Positions 1-14,394 of a stretch of 64,000 nucleotides of DNA are shown piece by piece (the first letter of the stretch is position 1; the number at the start of each line of letters is the position of its first letter). The stretch covers positions 1 through 64,000 of the forward strand of contig NW_026856091.1 of the NCBI RefSeq assembly GCF_026571515.1, in the 5' to 3' direction. Made by a program: the position numbers and the translations under genes. The notes under the pieces were generated by a model, which saw only the letters and a program-made list of their open reading frames with translations, did no database searches and was not told the DNA's origin. This stretch comes from Ruditapes philippinarum. Its lineage: Eukaryota.

Positions 1-144
1 GGTACCTATAAATTTGTGTGTATTAAATTGTTGAAAATAACTTGTAAATGTACAATGTGACTATAATAAACCAATTTCTTATCTTATTCTTATCTTATGC
101 ACTGTGTTAAAAATATTCTTCGATGTTACCAGTGTGAAGTTAAA

Positions 145-285
145 NNNNNNNNNNNNNNNNNNNNNNNNNNNNNNNNNNNNNNNNNNNNNNNNNNNNNNNN
201 NNNNNNNNNNNNNNNNNNNNNNNNNNNNNNNNNNNNNNNNNNNNNNNNNNNNNNNNNNNNNNNNNNNNNNNNNNNNNNNNNNNNN
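145..285. other. Assembly gap (N run)
   Basis: Run of N. The other gaps are at 11862-12047 and 41388-41544. Confidence 0.99.
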
Positions 286-690
286 AATAATAATAAATAT
301 TTAAGAACGTTTCACATGGATAGGGCACCCTTGTAGGCGAAAAGCTTTTTTTTAATTATTTTATATATATGTGTGCACTCAAGCGGTAAGACAACGATAT
401 ATAATGATATAATGATCAATATGTTAAGAATACTCATAGGCAGGGAGCTCTGTTAAACAGCTTAAAGCTGTATTTTGATTTTCAGTTGATGTCTCTCGGA
501 ACCGAGCCAAGCCTTGTTAACTTCCCAATAGCATGGCCTAAGACCGGAGTTATTTTAAAGTAACTTTATGACCACTTTATGGCTGTCAAGTTTGGATGAA
601 TTAATTATATATTTCAAAGAAATAAAAATTATAATGGTCATTCAATTGATGGTCAAATCTGTTAGGATGAAAATTAAAAATTGCCTAATA

Positions 691-3600
691 GACAGGACTG
701 ATTTTGAGAATTTGGCTCTCTATAAGATGCTAGAGGCATTTTGTAGTACAAACGGTATTTTGGTGTATTTTACCTATTTAAGGTATGCTGAATCCGATAA
801 AGGTGGATACCAAACTGAAAAACTTGATCTTGACCATTGAAATGGCCATTTAAAATGACCACTAAAATGGCCGCCAAATTTCTTTATCATAAATGGATGA
901 TATATCAAATACAAATTTAATGAAAGGAAAAGCCTGAAATTTCTCACAAAGCATGCTTAGGTGAAAACAAATTAGACACCAAAACAGAATTTTAAAAAAG
1001 CCAATCCAATATGGCCGAAAAAAATCCAAGATGGAGGACGTTTTCTTAAGGCCAATATAGGAACCGCAAAATTCTTTATCATAAATGGATGATATATCAA
1101 ATAAAACTTTTAAAGATAGAAAAAGCCTGAAATTTGACACAAAGCATGTTTAGGTAAAAACAAATTAGACACCAAAACAGAATTAAAAACAAACAACAAT
1201 CCAATATGGTCGAAAAATCCAAGATGGCGGACATTTTTCTATAGGCCAATATAATAGTAATATCGAAGTAATATTACAGATAGTACTAAATATTTTAAGG
1301 CATTTAAACATAAGAGACTAGAATGTAAAATTTCTAGAAAGTCCCTACCCCTTTGAACCATCACAATATTAAGGGTTTTCGCAGCGAACACTACACTCTT
1401 CCCTGTCCTATTTGCTAAATATATAGAGCTTTCGTGTATTTTATCTGGCACTCTATGCAAGCATATAAAGTGGCTACTCAGATTCCTACTTATATTTGCA
1501 CAGCACTATATGCCAGTATTTCTTTCAAAAAGGTTTTTAAACTTCACTAACCGCCTGAGAAATTTCTAAATAGTTTACTCTTACTCCTCAGAGCTGCCCA
1601 ATGCAATTTACTTATTGCGATATTGAAATTCAGGAAATATTAAGTATTTAAAACCAATAACACTTATACAACAGCTTAGATTTAATTTTGCTTCGCTGTC
1701 AAAGAACCCTATCCTCCCATGCATGCACTGGTTTCCAAGTCAGATGTCAGTGAATGAGGCTTCCTCTTGAGACTAATGCATCATTCGAATATACATATCT
1801 GAAGGATTATATTTTGATCCTTTTATTTATTGACCCATAAGCAACAACATTAGGGAAAAGCTGTGTTACTATAATGTCAATAATTGGAGTTTGTTTTCAT
1901 AATGACATTGTCATAAAGCCAAAGAATTCAAGCTAAATAAGAGTATAATTATGAAAACCTTTAATTATTATATATATCGCAATGACATCGGATTTTTCAA
2001 TGTTTAGCGTGAGCTTCATAATGGCCATGTCAAACAGTCAGTCAGAATGTCTGAATCTTAAAACGGTCGACTTTTCTCGTAATGGATGTGTTTTTTCATA
2101 ATGGCTGAGTTTTCTATCCAGAATGTCATAGTGAAAATGCATCAGCTCTGAATTGCAAGTGCTAATGCGCCCAATATTGCACAGTTAATTAATAATGCAT
2201 ATTATAAAACTCATATTGAATCAAAAACCTCCCCTTGGCCAGACTAAGAAATTTTTTTTTTCGTTGGCATCAACATTTATCGCCTTGTGACTTTGTCATC
2301 GAATGAGATGTCATAGTTATGACTTCAAATTCTTCTAAATGCTCGTTTTATTTTCTTCACAAGAAACCCTATACCACGCAATTTATGAATAATTAACATT
2401 AAAAAAAGGCCATTATATTATGCAAACGTTTTGGCTTTCTTTTTTAAAAAACAGTAACTTGTATTTGAAGCTTGCACAAACTTGGTTACGACAAAGTGTT
2501 CTACTGTGATGTCAGCCAAACAGATAAACTACAACATGCATATCCAGACTAAAATTGCCCAAGAGTTTTGTAATTGTAACCCTTCAACACAATACTACTG
2601 CTACATGAATTGCATATACATACGTACCGAATTCAAATAAAATAGTTTGCTTTGTATTATCACACTTATACTATGTCTTTGAAAATTTAAAACGAGACAA
2701 TAGAAAGTAATCAGAAGTTATCATAATTGCCCATGCAAAAATAATGTTACTCTGTCAATCCCTGGAGAAAAGTTAAGAGTAATTCATTGCAACTGTTGTA
2801 AAAGAATAAGACTTAATCACTTACTTTTTAAAGTAATTTGCCCAAGGTCTGATTATCCATAAGTGATGTAACATTTGAGTAATTTGTTTCTAAAGGTAAT
2901 GATCCACTTAATCACTGGGTATACTTATATAATTCAGGCACTGCTTTTCTTTCAGTTATCCTTACTCCCAACATAACTAAATGGTCAGAGGTTGAGCCAC
3001 TCTTGAACTTCTCTTCCCCCACCATTACTCACTGGGACATAGGCCTTCCTATAGCTACCATAACCATCACTATCACTAAACCTAAGTCCCCAAGACACTC
3101 AGCATCAACGGAAACATTATCTAATCTGAGAGCGAGCTTCCCATATAAAAGTTGTAGGAGAGTTATCAGAAGACTGGTATGACCGTATGATTGCTTATCA
3201 GTTCTTAACACCCTACTCCATAACCACCATACATTTTCTGCATTTACCCCCCCCCCCCCAAAAAAAAAAATGGACAAATAGTCCTGTTGGTATTTACTGA
3301 CCGATGAGTTGGCTTCATTGATTGTTTTGGGATCACTACTGTTAATTTTTCAAGCCACCCGTAATAGATTAACTTGTCCTAATACACTTGTTTATAAACA
3401 AGCCACGCTAATAAATGCTAACAACTTTCTCATCTCAAGCATATAACCTGTTTGCCAAAATCTTTAAATATTCACAAGGCTCTCAATTGCGTTTTAGCTG
3501 ATTCTTGTGGGATTTGAAAATCAAAGCGTTACAGTTGCGTTTGCTATTTTATTTCCAAAGTTCAAATGACCGATAGTCTTAACCAAACTAGGTTCAAAGT

Positions 3601-4849
3601 CAATGAGATTATGGCATGATACGCTCATAGTCTTTTTGTTTGGCAGTGGAATCCATAAAAACCCTAAAAACCCTAAAATAAAATAGAATTTCTCCTAAGT
3701 AATCTCCAACCCAGTCAATCCTAATTTTCTTACAAGTCACAAGTAAACATTACCTTACCTATATGTTTTGTTATTGTTGCTGTTCCTGGGTAGCGACATA
3801 TACAATTATCAAGATTCAACCATTTCTCCCCATAAGCCATTCAAAATGCATACTTTAATGCCACATGATAACAAATTAAAAGTCAAAAAACCTCAAAAGG
3901 GGACCCCTACTGTGCACGCCATCCGCCATTTTTTTCGTGTTAGCTTTATATAGAATTAAACTACTTTCTTCATATCCAGTGTGTGGGCTCCTACTGGTTA
4001 ACAATATATGGAATATTTCTCTTAAGAGAAGCTCTTTTGTTCAGGAATAAGTTTTTTCACGATTGTTTTTTTCGAAAACCCGGCTGAATGACGATTTCTA
4101 GAGTTTCTGGAAATGCTTATAATTGAAATTATTTCAATCTGCCCTTTAATCGTTTATTTCTAAGACCGACATAGCCTTAATCACATTCTTGAGCAGTAAA
4201 CAAAAATCAGAAAACAACATATTGAAAGACTAAACGACTTATCCAAACAAATGCTTCAGACTGTGACAAATACAGGTGTACATATATAACAAATGGGCAC
4301 TCAATTCACGAGTGTGATGTGAAATATACATATAAAACGATATTGAGAGCTTTATTGCATAACACAGTAAAGTTCTTTCAAAGCTTCAGTATCAAATTCA
4401 TTCAGTAAATTCTTAAATATGATATTAGTTTAATAACGAAATGTAGTTTTAGCTTACATGATAATAATAATCATGCTTTGCGGAATAAAATTATATATGA
4501 CCTTTATGACCTTTTTTTTTGGATGATTTTTACGTGTTAACCTTATATATTACTAGAAATTTGTTATTGGTTTACCTAATAATTGTATAAACTTAGAGAA
4601 TATTGAATAATCATTTGATTTTGACAGGAATAATTAATTGCATCATATTGTATCATAGTTTTAATGAACTATTTTAGTATTTCTAAGCGGCCATTTTGAA
4701 TTGACCTTTTGAAGGTCAAGGTCAATTTTATTTTCTTGGTATCCACCCTCATCGTCTTCAGCATACCCGAATTAGGTTAAAACACTCAAGATATTACTTG
4801 TACTATAAAATGCCTCTAGCATTCATATTTTCTTAAAATCAGTCCTGTC
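691..4849. mobile_element. About 4.2-kb decayed TIR DNA transposon flanked by TA
   Basis: Left end GACAGGACTGATTTTGAGAA...ATGCTAGAGGCATTTTGTAGTACAA...GGTATGCTGAA...GGTGGATACCAA (691 to ~830) is the inverted match of ~4730-4849. TA lies on both sides (689-690, 4850-4851). An internal ~190-bp tandem duplication at ~880-1250 carries AATCCAAGATGG motifs. No intact ORF. Confidence 0.75.
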
Positions 4850-6638
4850 TATAAAATTGAAAAGAACTGCTCTACTGTTTTAACTACTGAGCATAATCGT
4901 TACATTTCGAAGGATATTGATAGAGAATTTCAGTCAGTTACTTGGATGTATTGCTAATAAATGGAAAGTAGAAAACAAATTAAAGACACTTCTATGTTGA
5001 CCGATTTTTTTAAAAAAACTCAAAAACTCAATTATTAGCTCCTAAGCTATGAATTAATTTATATTTAATTTAAAAAAAAAATATCGTTTCGAAATTCAAT
5101 TTATTTCTAATCTGTGACAACTTTTTGCCTTGCTTTATGCCATTTCTAACTATCTTTGCGTAACATTTGAGAAATCATTCAACAAACAAATCCTCTCAGC
5201 AACGACTGAAATAATTTTGGTTTAAATTGTTCTGCACTTGGTTGTCCGTCCGTCTGTCTGTATATCAAATTTGTTAGCCTTCTTTGTATCTTTTGCACCG
5301 ATAGAAAGAAATGAAAACTTTCGACAGAAACATTACTTATAATGAGACAATGTGCAGCGCACAGGTCTGGGCTTTATAATGAGACGATCTGGACTTTCTG
5401 AGATCAAAAACTGACTCCCGCACCGGGAATTAATTGATATATATATATATTATATAGACTTACATAGGAGTTTCGTTCGTGAATATTAACATTAATATTA
5501 CTGAAATGATTTGCAAAGTGCATGTTTGGGCTCCACTGGGTCAATTTCAAGGTCACGCTGGCTCATCTAAATTCTTATGTTAGTGTTAATATTGCTAAAA
5601 GATCTTACATTGTATGAATTTATTAATATGTTCTCTCCCAATTTATATGTTTGTTAACTCCAATTATTTCCAAAAAATAACTTTTTTAATGTTTTTATCA
5701 AGTTTTATATTTTTAGATTGTTGATATTTTGCTCTCAAAATTGAAACTATTGAGGACGTCAAAGGTTTATAAGCATTTATTTTGAAGTGAGACAAGGTTA
5801 TAAATTGTAATTGATGCTTTTTGAAAATATGCAATTCATTAAACAAAAATAATTGTATATAATTCATATAAAATGTAACTATATTAATGCAATTTATCAA
5901 AGCTTTGGACATGAAAGATGTATGAAGGACTGACAGCTAAGAAACTAAATCTTAATTACATATATATAGCATTTTGATGGTTAACACAACAATAGTTTTG
6001 GTTTCATGCATTATTGTATAAGAAATTAGTTTAATAAATTAATAAACCAGAGTGCTATATGATATCTAATATCTTATAAATAGGACTTTAATTCTGTATG
6101 TTTTAACAAATAAATGTAGGGTATGTAATGTCACTTGCGTGTGCAAACGGTAATTGTATGTTAAGACAGTCATGCCATGGGTAAATGAAGCACGCCAGAA
6201 TCCTCAAAATCCAAGGTCAGACGTAGGGGTCAATGATTCAATCTTGATCGGCTATTCTGCATGTCAATGCATGACACGTTGTCAAACCGTTTCGCATATG
6301 TCTGCATTACCGTCAAAGAAAGTATCGCGTGCTAAACAAACGTTCGTACCTTTAAAGTCAAATTAATCTTGTCCAAAATAAACCTTTCATTTCTTGATAA
6401 AAGACAAATGTCTTCAATGCATTCAATGCATTCAGAGGGTGGGCGTCACGCAACACTCATATCAAGTTTGTACTTGAAAGTTGGAATGTAATAAGGCAAA
6501 GTTATCCGTATGGTACGAAACCATTCCTAGTTATTTTTTTACACTGTAATTTATGTAGAATGTATTTATTTTTTTTCCCTTTCAGCGCAAAAGGAGTAAT
6601 CATGTATTGTAAAGTTTATCATTTGTTCTTCTAAATAG

Positions 6639-6770
6639 CCAGTGCATGGTATCCGTGTATCAGAATTGACAGGAAAGTGTGAGAAAACAATATCTGACAA
6701 TATCAAAGAAGCTGGGTATTCCTATGCAGAAACAGTTATCATGGACAAAAAGTTTACTAAGCCCGTAGAG
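6639..6770 (+). CDS. Galectin-like gene, first identified coding exon (PVHGIRVSELTGKC...VIMDKKFTKPVE); in-frame ATG at 6741
   Basis: Acceptor TTCTTCTAAATAG at 6638 (alternative TTTCAG at 6585), 44 open codons, donor GAG|GTAAGT. Phase 0 matches the next exon. The true start is uncertain. Confidence 0.6.
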
Positions 6771-7597
6771 GTAAGTCACCCACAATTTCAATTTTTCAAT
6801 AGTCATCCGTAGTTTATTGATTCATTTTTATTTGTTTAAGTACTCTTTATATACAGTGTTATTTCTTAACTAAAGCACCTGTACTCCTTTATACTCCTTT
6901 ATAGATACATACTTATATCATTGAAATACATAAAAGCCTTATTATTAGGCCATCGACTAAAATGAGAATTCGAATGACATTGAATTTGGACCGCTCTAAT
7001 CATTTTAAAATAGTTCGCTGGAAGTGTGCACTATTCACAAGCCAAAACAAGTTTCAACGCCTAGGGGAAGTAGAGTTTCGAATTGTGGATTTTTTCTAAA
7101 AAAAAGCCCTGATACAGGCACTTGCATGCCAAGACATTCTAATTAAGACTGACTAGAATCTGGTTATTGTGATTTAAACTATATTATTTAGTACTTAGAT
7201 AATCATAAGTTGAAGTGATAAAACGCCTTATTGGATCAATGAACTTTTTTTTTATTTATTTTGGATTAAGAAGCCTATTTGGTATTTTTACAGAGCAGCA
7301 ATTCCCACATTTAATGTCACCTTAAGTGGTTATAAGATATTTGTTTCTTAACTCTGACTTAAAATGTTTTTGTGAGGTGTGATCTCATTAAATTATGTTC
7401 TTCATAATTATATAAAATCAACAAACAATCATTCAAGTGTACATACTCTTGTTACATATATCTAACATAACATGTTTCAGTTCATTAACTGTTCGATTGT
7501 TTTCGAGACTTTAATGAAACATGCACCCCCACATACATACGCACGCACGCACGCACACACCAACATTTCCGCACACGCACCTGTGAATATTGAGGAT

Positions 7598-8360
7598 GAA
7601 CAGTTAGCTATAATTGAATCTATGATACAATTAAAGGGATAACAATTTTTTACACAATATAAACCTCTGAAGAAGACTTAATTGGAAAAACAAGACTTTA
7701 TCCTAGCAGAAAGTAACACGGGATACTGGTTGATTTTTTTTTATTTTACACTTTTAAGAATATTTTCCATGTTATACGTTTCTAACAACTTTCTTTAACC
7801 GAACACATATGTTTAGAAATGATAAAAGGTTACGAAAACCAAGGTTATGGATCTCAAGAATCTCGGAATAGGTGTCTGGGGTATGGTAAAGCATAACAGA
7901 AAGCATATGCTGGAGTTTTACATTTTGGCAAAGGTGACAACCCTGTTTTTATGAGATGTCAACATTTAATAATCTGTACAATGATGGATACGAAAAGGGT
8001 TCAGATTTTAAGTTTTTTTTTTTCATAGTGACAATCCTTTTAGAAATTATGTCAGAGATCGTAAAAAGATAATGGTCACAGGACTGTGGAACAACCTGTT
8101 ATGTATGATGCTTACAACCAACATATGAACAGTGTAGATGTTTTGAATAAACAATAAGGGACAAACGCATACCCAAATAAGTGTTTGAAGTGGTATACAA
8201 CCATTTAATATAGAATTTGAGAGTTCTCACTAGTACAAAATGCCTATACCATTGCAAAATTGTGCTAATGGTTGGAAACACATCTGGATCCTAAAAAGAA
8301 AAAGGGGAAGACTGTCGAAAACCGAGTTGCCCGATCGTCTGACAGGTCGATACTTCCCTG
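7598..8360 (+). pseudogene. Decayed piggyBac (PGBD4-like) transposase in an intron
   Basis: Motifs occur in the expected order, with stops and frameshifts: LAIIESMIQLKG (~SIDESM..FKG), QYKPLK, LAESNTGY, LGIGVWGMVKHNRKHM (~G.VR.NRK), DTKRVQILS, YNQHMNSVD (~YN..MGGVD), KWY, NAY, DRLTGRYFP. Confidence 0.8.
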
Positions 8361-9145
8361 CCCTGGTCGCTATCATGATCCAAAATACAGTTGTGACTAC
8401 ATTGCTACACAAATTGTTTCGCTTGTTGAATACTAAGACTATTATTGATAAGTAAGAGTTAGAATGTACACATTTCTTATTTACACTCTACATAAAATGT
8501 TTAGCGAATTTTGACGGTTTATCTTTAATATCATGCATGCATGTATGTGCATATAATATTAGAGTCATGATATACACTGAAACATATATGGAATACCATG
8601 AACAAAATATTAAAACGCCTTATAGTATTCTAAATAGCTTGGTCTAACCTGGTGTCTACTTTTGTTTAAGAACAAAGATAACAAACACAATAATGATCAA
8701 ATTTGTATATATTTAACTCTTTGTGATTTTATTTCAAACCATAGTTAGGTCAATGTCATTTTAGTAAAATACATATGCAAAAGTAGCATTATATTGTAAT
8801 TATAATAATTTTAATACCATTTAAATAAATGCATGTGAAATAAACGATGTTGAATTGAAATATTAACCTTTTCAACGATAAAAACAAATCAGTACTTTTT
8901 TTTCTACCAAAATAGTTTTAACCTTGCATATGTACAACTTAGTTAAAAAAATATGTATATAGTATGAAGTACATTAAATGCTTTTTAGTAAATTTTGAAT
9001 GCGTTTATTTTTTGTTAATAAGAAAACGGTATTTTTCTTACATAACATTACAAATATTTTTTGGACAAATGTTAAAAATTCAATGATTTTTACTCTTCAA
9101 TGTGAAGGTCATTAGGGATCCAGCAGAGCCCCGAAAAATATGTAG

Positions 9146-10399
9146 TATAGACCTTTTTACGACGCGGTCCGTTGCTTTGAAGGAACGACCGGAATTAGAA
9201 TTTTATCGCGCATGCGCAATCTGCGTAGGGCAAGAAATCCTTCGCCCTACATAGAAATATAGTAAAAGTTTCATAGACAATTCCGAATTAGTTCAAGGTA
9301 AACGGTAGAAAAATTATATAAAATAGCTTTTTAACAAATATAGAAAAGATGACTTTATAGCTTTGTGGCGAAGAATGCCATAAAAGGCATGAAAAAGATA
9401 CTTGCTTAAGAATTTTACGATCACGGAACTGACACTGAGATCATTTTTTAAAGAAGATGTGGAAATATATCTATTAGCAAATGAAACGTCAACTTATTTG
9501 CTGTTGAAATAGTTCATTTAAAAACAAAAGAAATTATATAACATGAAATGGAGATAAATTATCATTCAGAAAAATATCAGAACAGGTCATAATGCATTTT
9601 TAGTGTTCAATATACCTGATTTTATCCTTTATCCGATTTGCCTGTGATGCAAACAGAAAAATTACGTGTCATAAATAGATTTCAAATAATTGATATTTTT
9701 TTTTCAAAATCTTGAGATGTTAAGATGGGTTGTTTTGAAAAGATATCACACACATTTTATCCGCTTCTTCGTAATACATGTTATTTTTTTAATTATATGC
9801 ACGTGACACAATTTTTCTCTTCTCAAAATCCATAAACATTGATCGGTATATTTAAAAGTTAAATAAATTACCATTGTAATAAGCGTTTACTGATTAACTA
9901 TATCATGATTATTTAAAGGTCCCGGTTTCAATGAAAAAACGTTCGGGTGCCAATCTGTTTGACACTTGCCGCCTGACCAATCCAGTTATATAAAGGAAGT
10001 GTACAATAAAAATTGTTGTAATATTATGTAATACAGGGGTAATAACATTTTATCTTTAACACCCTGCTGTTTTCAATTTAAATTACTGATGGAAAGTCGT
10101 CTAATGATACCTTAAACAAAGAAATGTGTGTGCCCGTTTTAACCATTGAATTATTACTCCCGCACATTTTCGTAGATCTCTTAAAAAAAGAAATTCACGT
10201 TTTCTGTACTTACCCGCCTTACATGTAAGTCATCCCAAAATTAATATTTCTGGTGACATAACATGAAACAGCATCTATTAAAGCCTTAAAGTATGATAAA
10301 CTGTAGACATCGTTTATTGCTTTCTGCCCTACGCAGAATGCGCATGCGCGAAATGCAACATTCGTTGCTATGGAAAATCGTATTGTAAAAAGGTCTATA
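9146..10399. mobile_element. Non-autonomous TIR element (MITE-like)
   Basis: Termini TATAGACCTTTTTAC / GTAAAAAGGTCTATA, with inverted subterminal CGCGCATGCGCA.TCTGCGTAGGGCA blocks (~9207-9232 and ~10326-10350). Confidence 0.8.
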
Positions 10400-11253
10400 A
10401 GGAATTATATCTATAGTACACTTACCAATTTTCTTAAAAATATATATGTTAATGATATCTATATAGAATTATTAGTCATGATACAAAGTTTACACAAAAA
10501 AAAAATGCCAACATAAAAGCGGCACTGAAAGAAACTCTTTCCATTAATATCAGTTATAAAATATAGAATACTGTTTTCTGTATATATCTCTATAGATGTG
10601 ACTTTAAATGTTTAAAATTCGTAAAAAAAACATGCCAGTATTAGTTTGAAATGTTAAAAAGGTCATATTTCAGGAAAATGACTTTTTAGCAAAAAAAAAA
10701 CAAACAACAACAACGTAAATTTAAAGTCAAGGTCAAAGATCAAGAACATCGGGTCATACTATAGAGGCATGAAGCTCAAAATGTGCACAGTAATCTCCCT
10801 TGTTAATGAAGTTTCATATCAATATTGAGATAAGTTTTTATTCAAGACGGTAGTACAAAAATGAATTACCAATTTATTCGAAATTTCTTTTATTCTCGAT
10901 AGTCAATTTATTTTGTAATTTAATTTTAATATTATAATTTCGTTTTCTATGTTCAATCCTTTCGTATTTTACTCTAAGTATTAAAAAGTTGTATATAAAG
11001 TTTCCAGGACTAATCTGAGATGTTAAAAAATCACTTATGTCTGAGACAATGACCATTTTAGCAAAAAATAATGTCATACTTTAGTGACATAAAGTTAAAT
11101 GTTGTACATTGGTGTATGCGAGCATTGTTGATGAAGATTCATGTCAATTTGATAAATAGTTTCAATTCAAGATAGTACCAAAGATATTAATTGAATTTTA
11201 CAGAATTCCTGGAATTATATTTGGTACTGAAAACAGTGTATTCTGAGACATTT

Positions 11254-11270
11254 GGCAGTGAAAGGGTTAA
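11254..11270 (+). mobile_element. piggyBac-type right terminus (GGCAGTGAAAGGG|TTAA)
   Basis: GGG end followed by a TTAA target site, downstream of the piggyBac relic. The matching left end was not confidently located. Confidence 0.5.
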
Positions 11271-11395
11271 TTTTCAAAATTATCGAACAAACTACTTGGA
11301 AACAACTTGAACCGACATACAGTTGAGATTAATTCCATTGTTATTTTAATTTCCCTAGTTATGAAATTAATTAAATAGCATGCTATCTTTTTTAG

Positions 11396-11493
11396 AACTT
11401 TGAACGAATACATTGGAATGATCCTAAAGGGATCAGTCCTGGCTTTCGATTTGACCTGTATTGGTCGAAAGAAGATGTTGAAAATTATGATAC
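11396..11493 (+). CDS. Galectin-like gene, internal exon (NFERIHWNDPKGISPGFRFDLYWSKEDVENYD-T)
   Basis: Acceptor CTTTTTTAG, donor AC|GTAAGT, 98 nt, phase 0 to 2, open frame. PKGISPG resembles the galectin PGGLxPG motif. Confidence 0.75.
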
Positions 11494-11554
11494 GTAAGTG
11501 TTTATACTTATCTATTTTAATTTGTTTTGGTATATATATATACTTAATAAAAAT

Positions 11555-12090
11555 GTATTTATTTATTTATTTTTTATGTATTTATTTATTTATGTATCTA
11601 TTTATGTATTTATTTATTTATATAATTTATCTCTTTATTGTGGTAATTACTTATTTATTCAATTAGTTTGTAAGTCATATAGTTGGTTTTGTTTGTCGAT
11701 TATTTGTTTATTAAGATCATAAGTTAGTAAATTAATAAGTTTTAATGAAAATAATTAAGTAAGTAAGCACGTAAGTAAGCACGTAAGAAAATAAGTTATT
11801 AAGTTAGTTAGTAAGTTATTTAGTTAGTTAGTTAGTCAGTCAGTCAGTCAGTCAGTAAGTCNNNNNNNNNNNNNNNNNNNNNNNNNNNNNNNNNNNNNNN
11901 NNNNNNNNNNNNNNNNNNNNNNNNNNNNNNNNNNNNNNNNNNNNNNNNNNNNNNNNNNNNNNNNNNNNNNNNNNNNNNNNNNNNNNNNNNNNNNNNNNNN
12001 NNNNNNNNNNNNNNNNNNNNNNNNNNNNNNNNNNNNNNNNNNNNNNNTTATTTAGTTATTAAGTTAGATAGTTAGTTAGTTAGTTAGTTA
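11555..12090. repeat. Microsatellites (TTTA)n, (TAGT)n and (CAGT)n around an N gap
   Basis: Tetranucleotide repeats visible directly; gap at 11862-12047. Confidence 0.9.
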
Positions 12091-14228
12091 GATATTGCAT
12101 GTATTTAACTTAGCAAGCGCAACATTTAGCTAACCTTTTTTTATAGTAATGCGCCATTAAGCTATGACGGTATATGTGTTTGTTTTACCGGGGGATTTGC
12201 TCGAATTGTTTTACCGGGGGATTTGCTCGAAAAAGAAAATCACACTTACCAAGTTCCGTATAACAACTATAAAAATATATTGCAGTGTCAGCATGATTAA
12301 AATCACATTCACTAATGCGACATACAGACTCAGGCTTTGGTAAGTATTTCTTTTGATACAGCTTTTTTCTCATTAATAAATTCGACAGTTCACATGCCGA
12401 AAGCGAACCTTTATGGATAACGTTATTACTGTAAATATAAACATTGCAGACGAAAATTATTAACTTTCTGATAAAATTTAGATTTAGTGTATTGTCGCAT
12501 ACACACTTAATTCAATACCGTGTTTGAAAAAATGGTTGTTTAATAAGGAAACTTCCTGACTAACAGAAATGTTAAGAACAATCCGCTGCTGTTGATAAAC
12601 TTGCAATAATAAGATTTCAGGAAAACATTCGTCATGCTTGTATTTTCCTCGTGGTAGACTTGAATAATTGATAAGCAAATTGCTACTAGAATTAAGATGA
12701 AACGCCCTTTGGATATGTTGCCTGCCTTTTAAGTTTATATTTGTCGTCTTATCTGTTGATATGCAAGGGTCATAACCTCTTTCAAATTTCATTTTGTTTA
12801 GTTCCGCCCATTGTTTTCTCGTTTAGGGCACACACTTTATTTTTTTTTCTTGGGGACCATAGTCACTTTCATGGAATGGCACGAAAGTGTCGCATTGAAG
12901 GATCCTTGATAACCGCCGTATGAACACATCTTCGGATGTTTTCTGAATTCAAAATTTCACCACTGTCACGATTAAATGTTTAATTCTGCTTAAGCCGTTG
13001 CTAGGTGGGGTGGATGATAGTTTGCATTGAGAGTACCGCCTTATGAACAGGCATATAAAATCGAGTCTGCAACATTTTCAATTTTGCCGTTTTTGACTTT
13101 CTTTGGGATTCCTATTTTCTCTATTTTATCGTTACGCTTTTTGATAACTTTATTAGCAACTTCAAATAAAGATTACCATCATCTTCAGCATCATTATCGT
13201 CATCATCATCATCAATTTTGTTCATATTAAACTATCGTTATTTTTTGTTAATATTTTCAATATCATCTCTTTATTGAATCAGCACAATCTGTTAGATATC
13301 TAGGTCTTAAAATTAATGAAACATTGACAGGTAAATTTAATTTTAAATGGTATTCTTTTAAACGTAGACACACGTCGTTAATTTATCTGTAGATAAGTAT
13401 AGGTTTTAGATTTCAAGACTGGAACATATTTATGTCCAGCAACTATACATTGCCACTTAGATGATTAATTTTATTCTTTGCACCCGAGTCTGAACAAAAG
13501 CAACGTAATAGTATAATATTAATGGATTTTTGATAGAAAATCTAGAAATCGTACTAAATTACACTTGATCAGTCTTCATTTTGCTTTGCTTTACTCATGT
13601 AAAAATATTTGGGCCATGTAGTTTATCTTTAGTATTGGTATGACAAATTGCAATCAATCTAAATTTTCACTACATATCTTTTTTTGCATTATATTAACGT
13701 TTGTTAAAATGGATTGTATATTAAAGTAAGTATATGTCCAAGGACACCAATGCAAATAAGCCTTCAGACTTTCATGGGTAATTCGGGGTTATAACATATC
13801 ACATCTATTCATATACATTCTTACATGGAAGCATGTTTCAAAAGTCTTTAATATCTAGTCAAACGCCGCAAATTATATTTATTTAACTTTTAGTCTTGGT
13901 TAAGTTGTAAATGTTTTAGTTTTTAAATGAACTTCACTATGACAAAACTTTTAGAGCTCCTTTAGAAAATTTTTGTTTAATTTTATTTCATATACAAATG
14001 GAAAGTGTATTATTTGTGTATGAGTATTTATGTTTGTTATGTCTGTAAATGTGCGTTTTTTTCTGAAATACAAACAACAGTCAACCAACCAACCAATCAA
14101 TCAAACATCAGTAGAAGAAGTTGCTATATAATCGTCATCTTTACCGTGATCATCACGATCATTTTTGTCATCGTCATTATATATTAACAGTTACTGTTAT
14201 CATCAGCATTACTGTTATCGTCAAACAG

Positions 14229-14394
14229 GTTCTTTGGGACAGATGTAAAATCGGACAAGGATAGTATATTACTCTACGAACAGGAAGTAGAAACTGGTAT
14301 TGAAAAAAGTTCAATGAACACTAGAATGCCGATTATGAAAGTAGGACATAGAATTGTACAATTGTCAATTCTTGCGCAGAGTGAATCTTTGAAG
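14229..14394 (+). CDS. Galectin-like gene, internal exon (FFGTDVKSDKDSILLYEQ...SMNTRMPIMKVGHRIVQLSILAQSESLK)
   Basis: Acceptor AAACAG, donor AAG|GTATAC, 166 nt, phase 2 to 0. Open in exactly the frame the previous exon requires. Confidence 0.75.
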
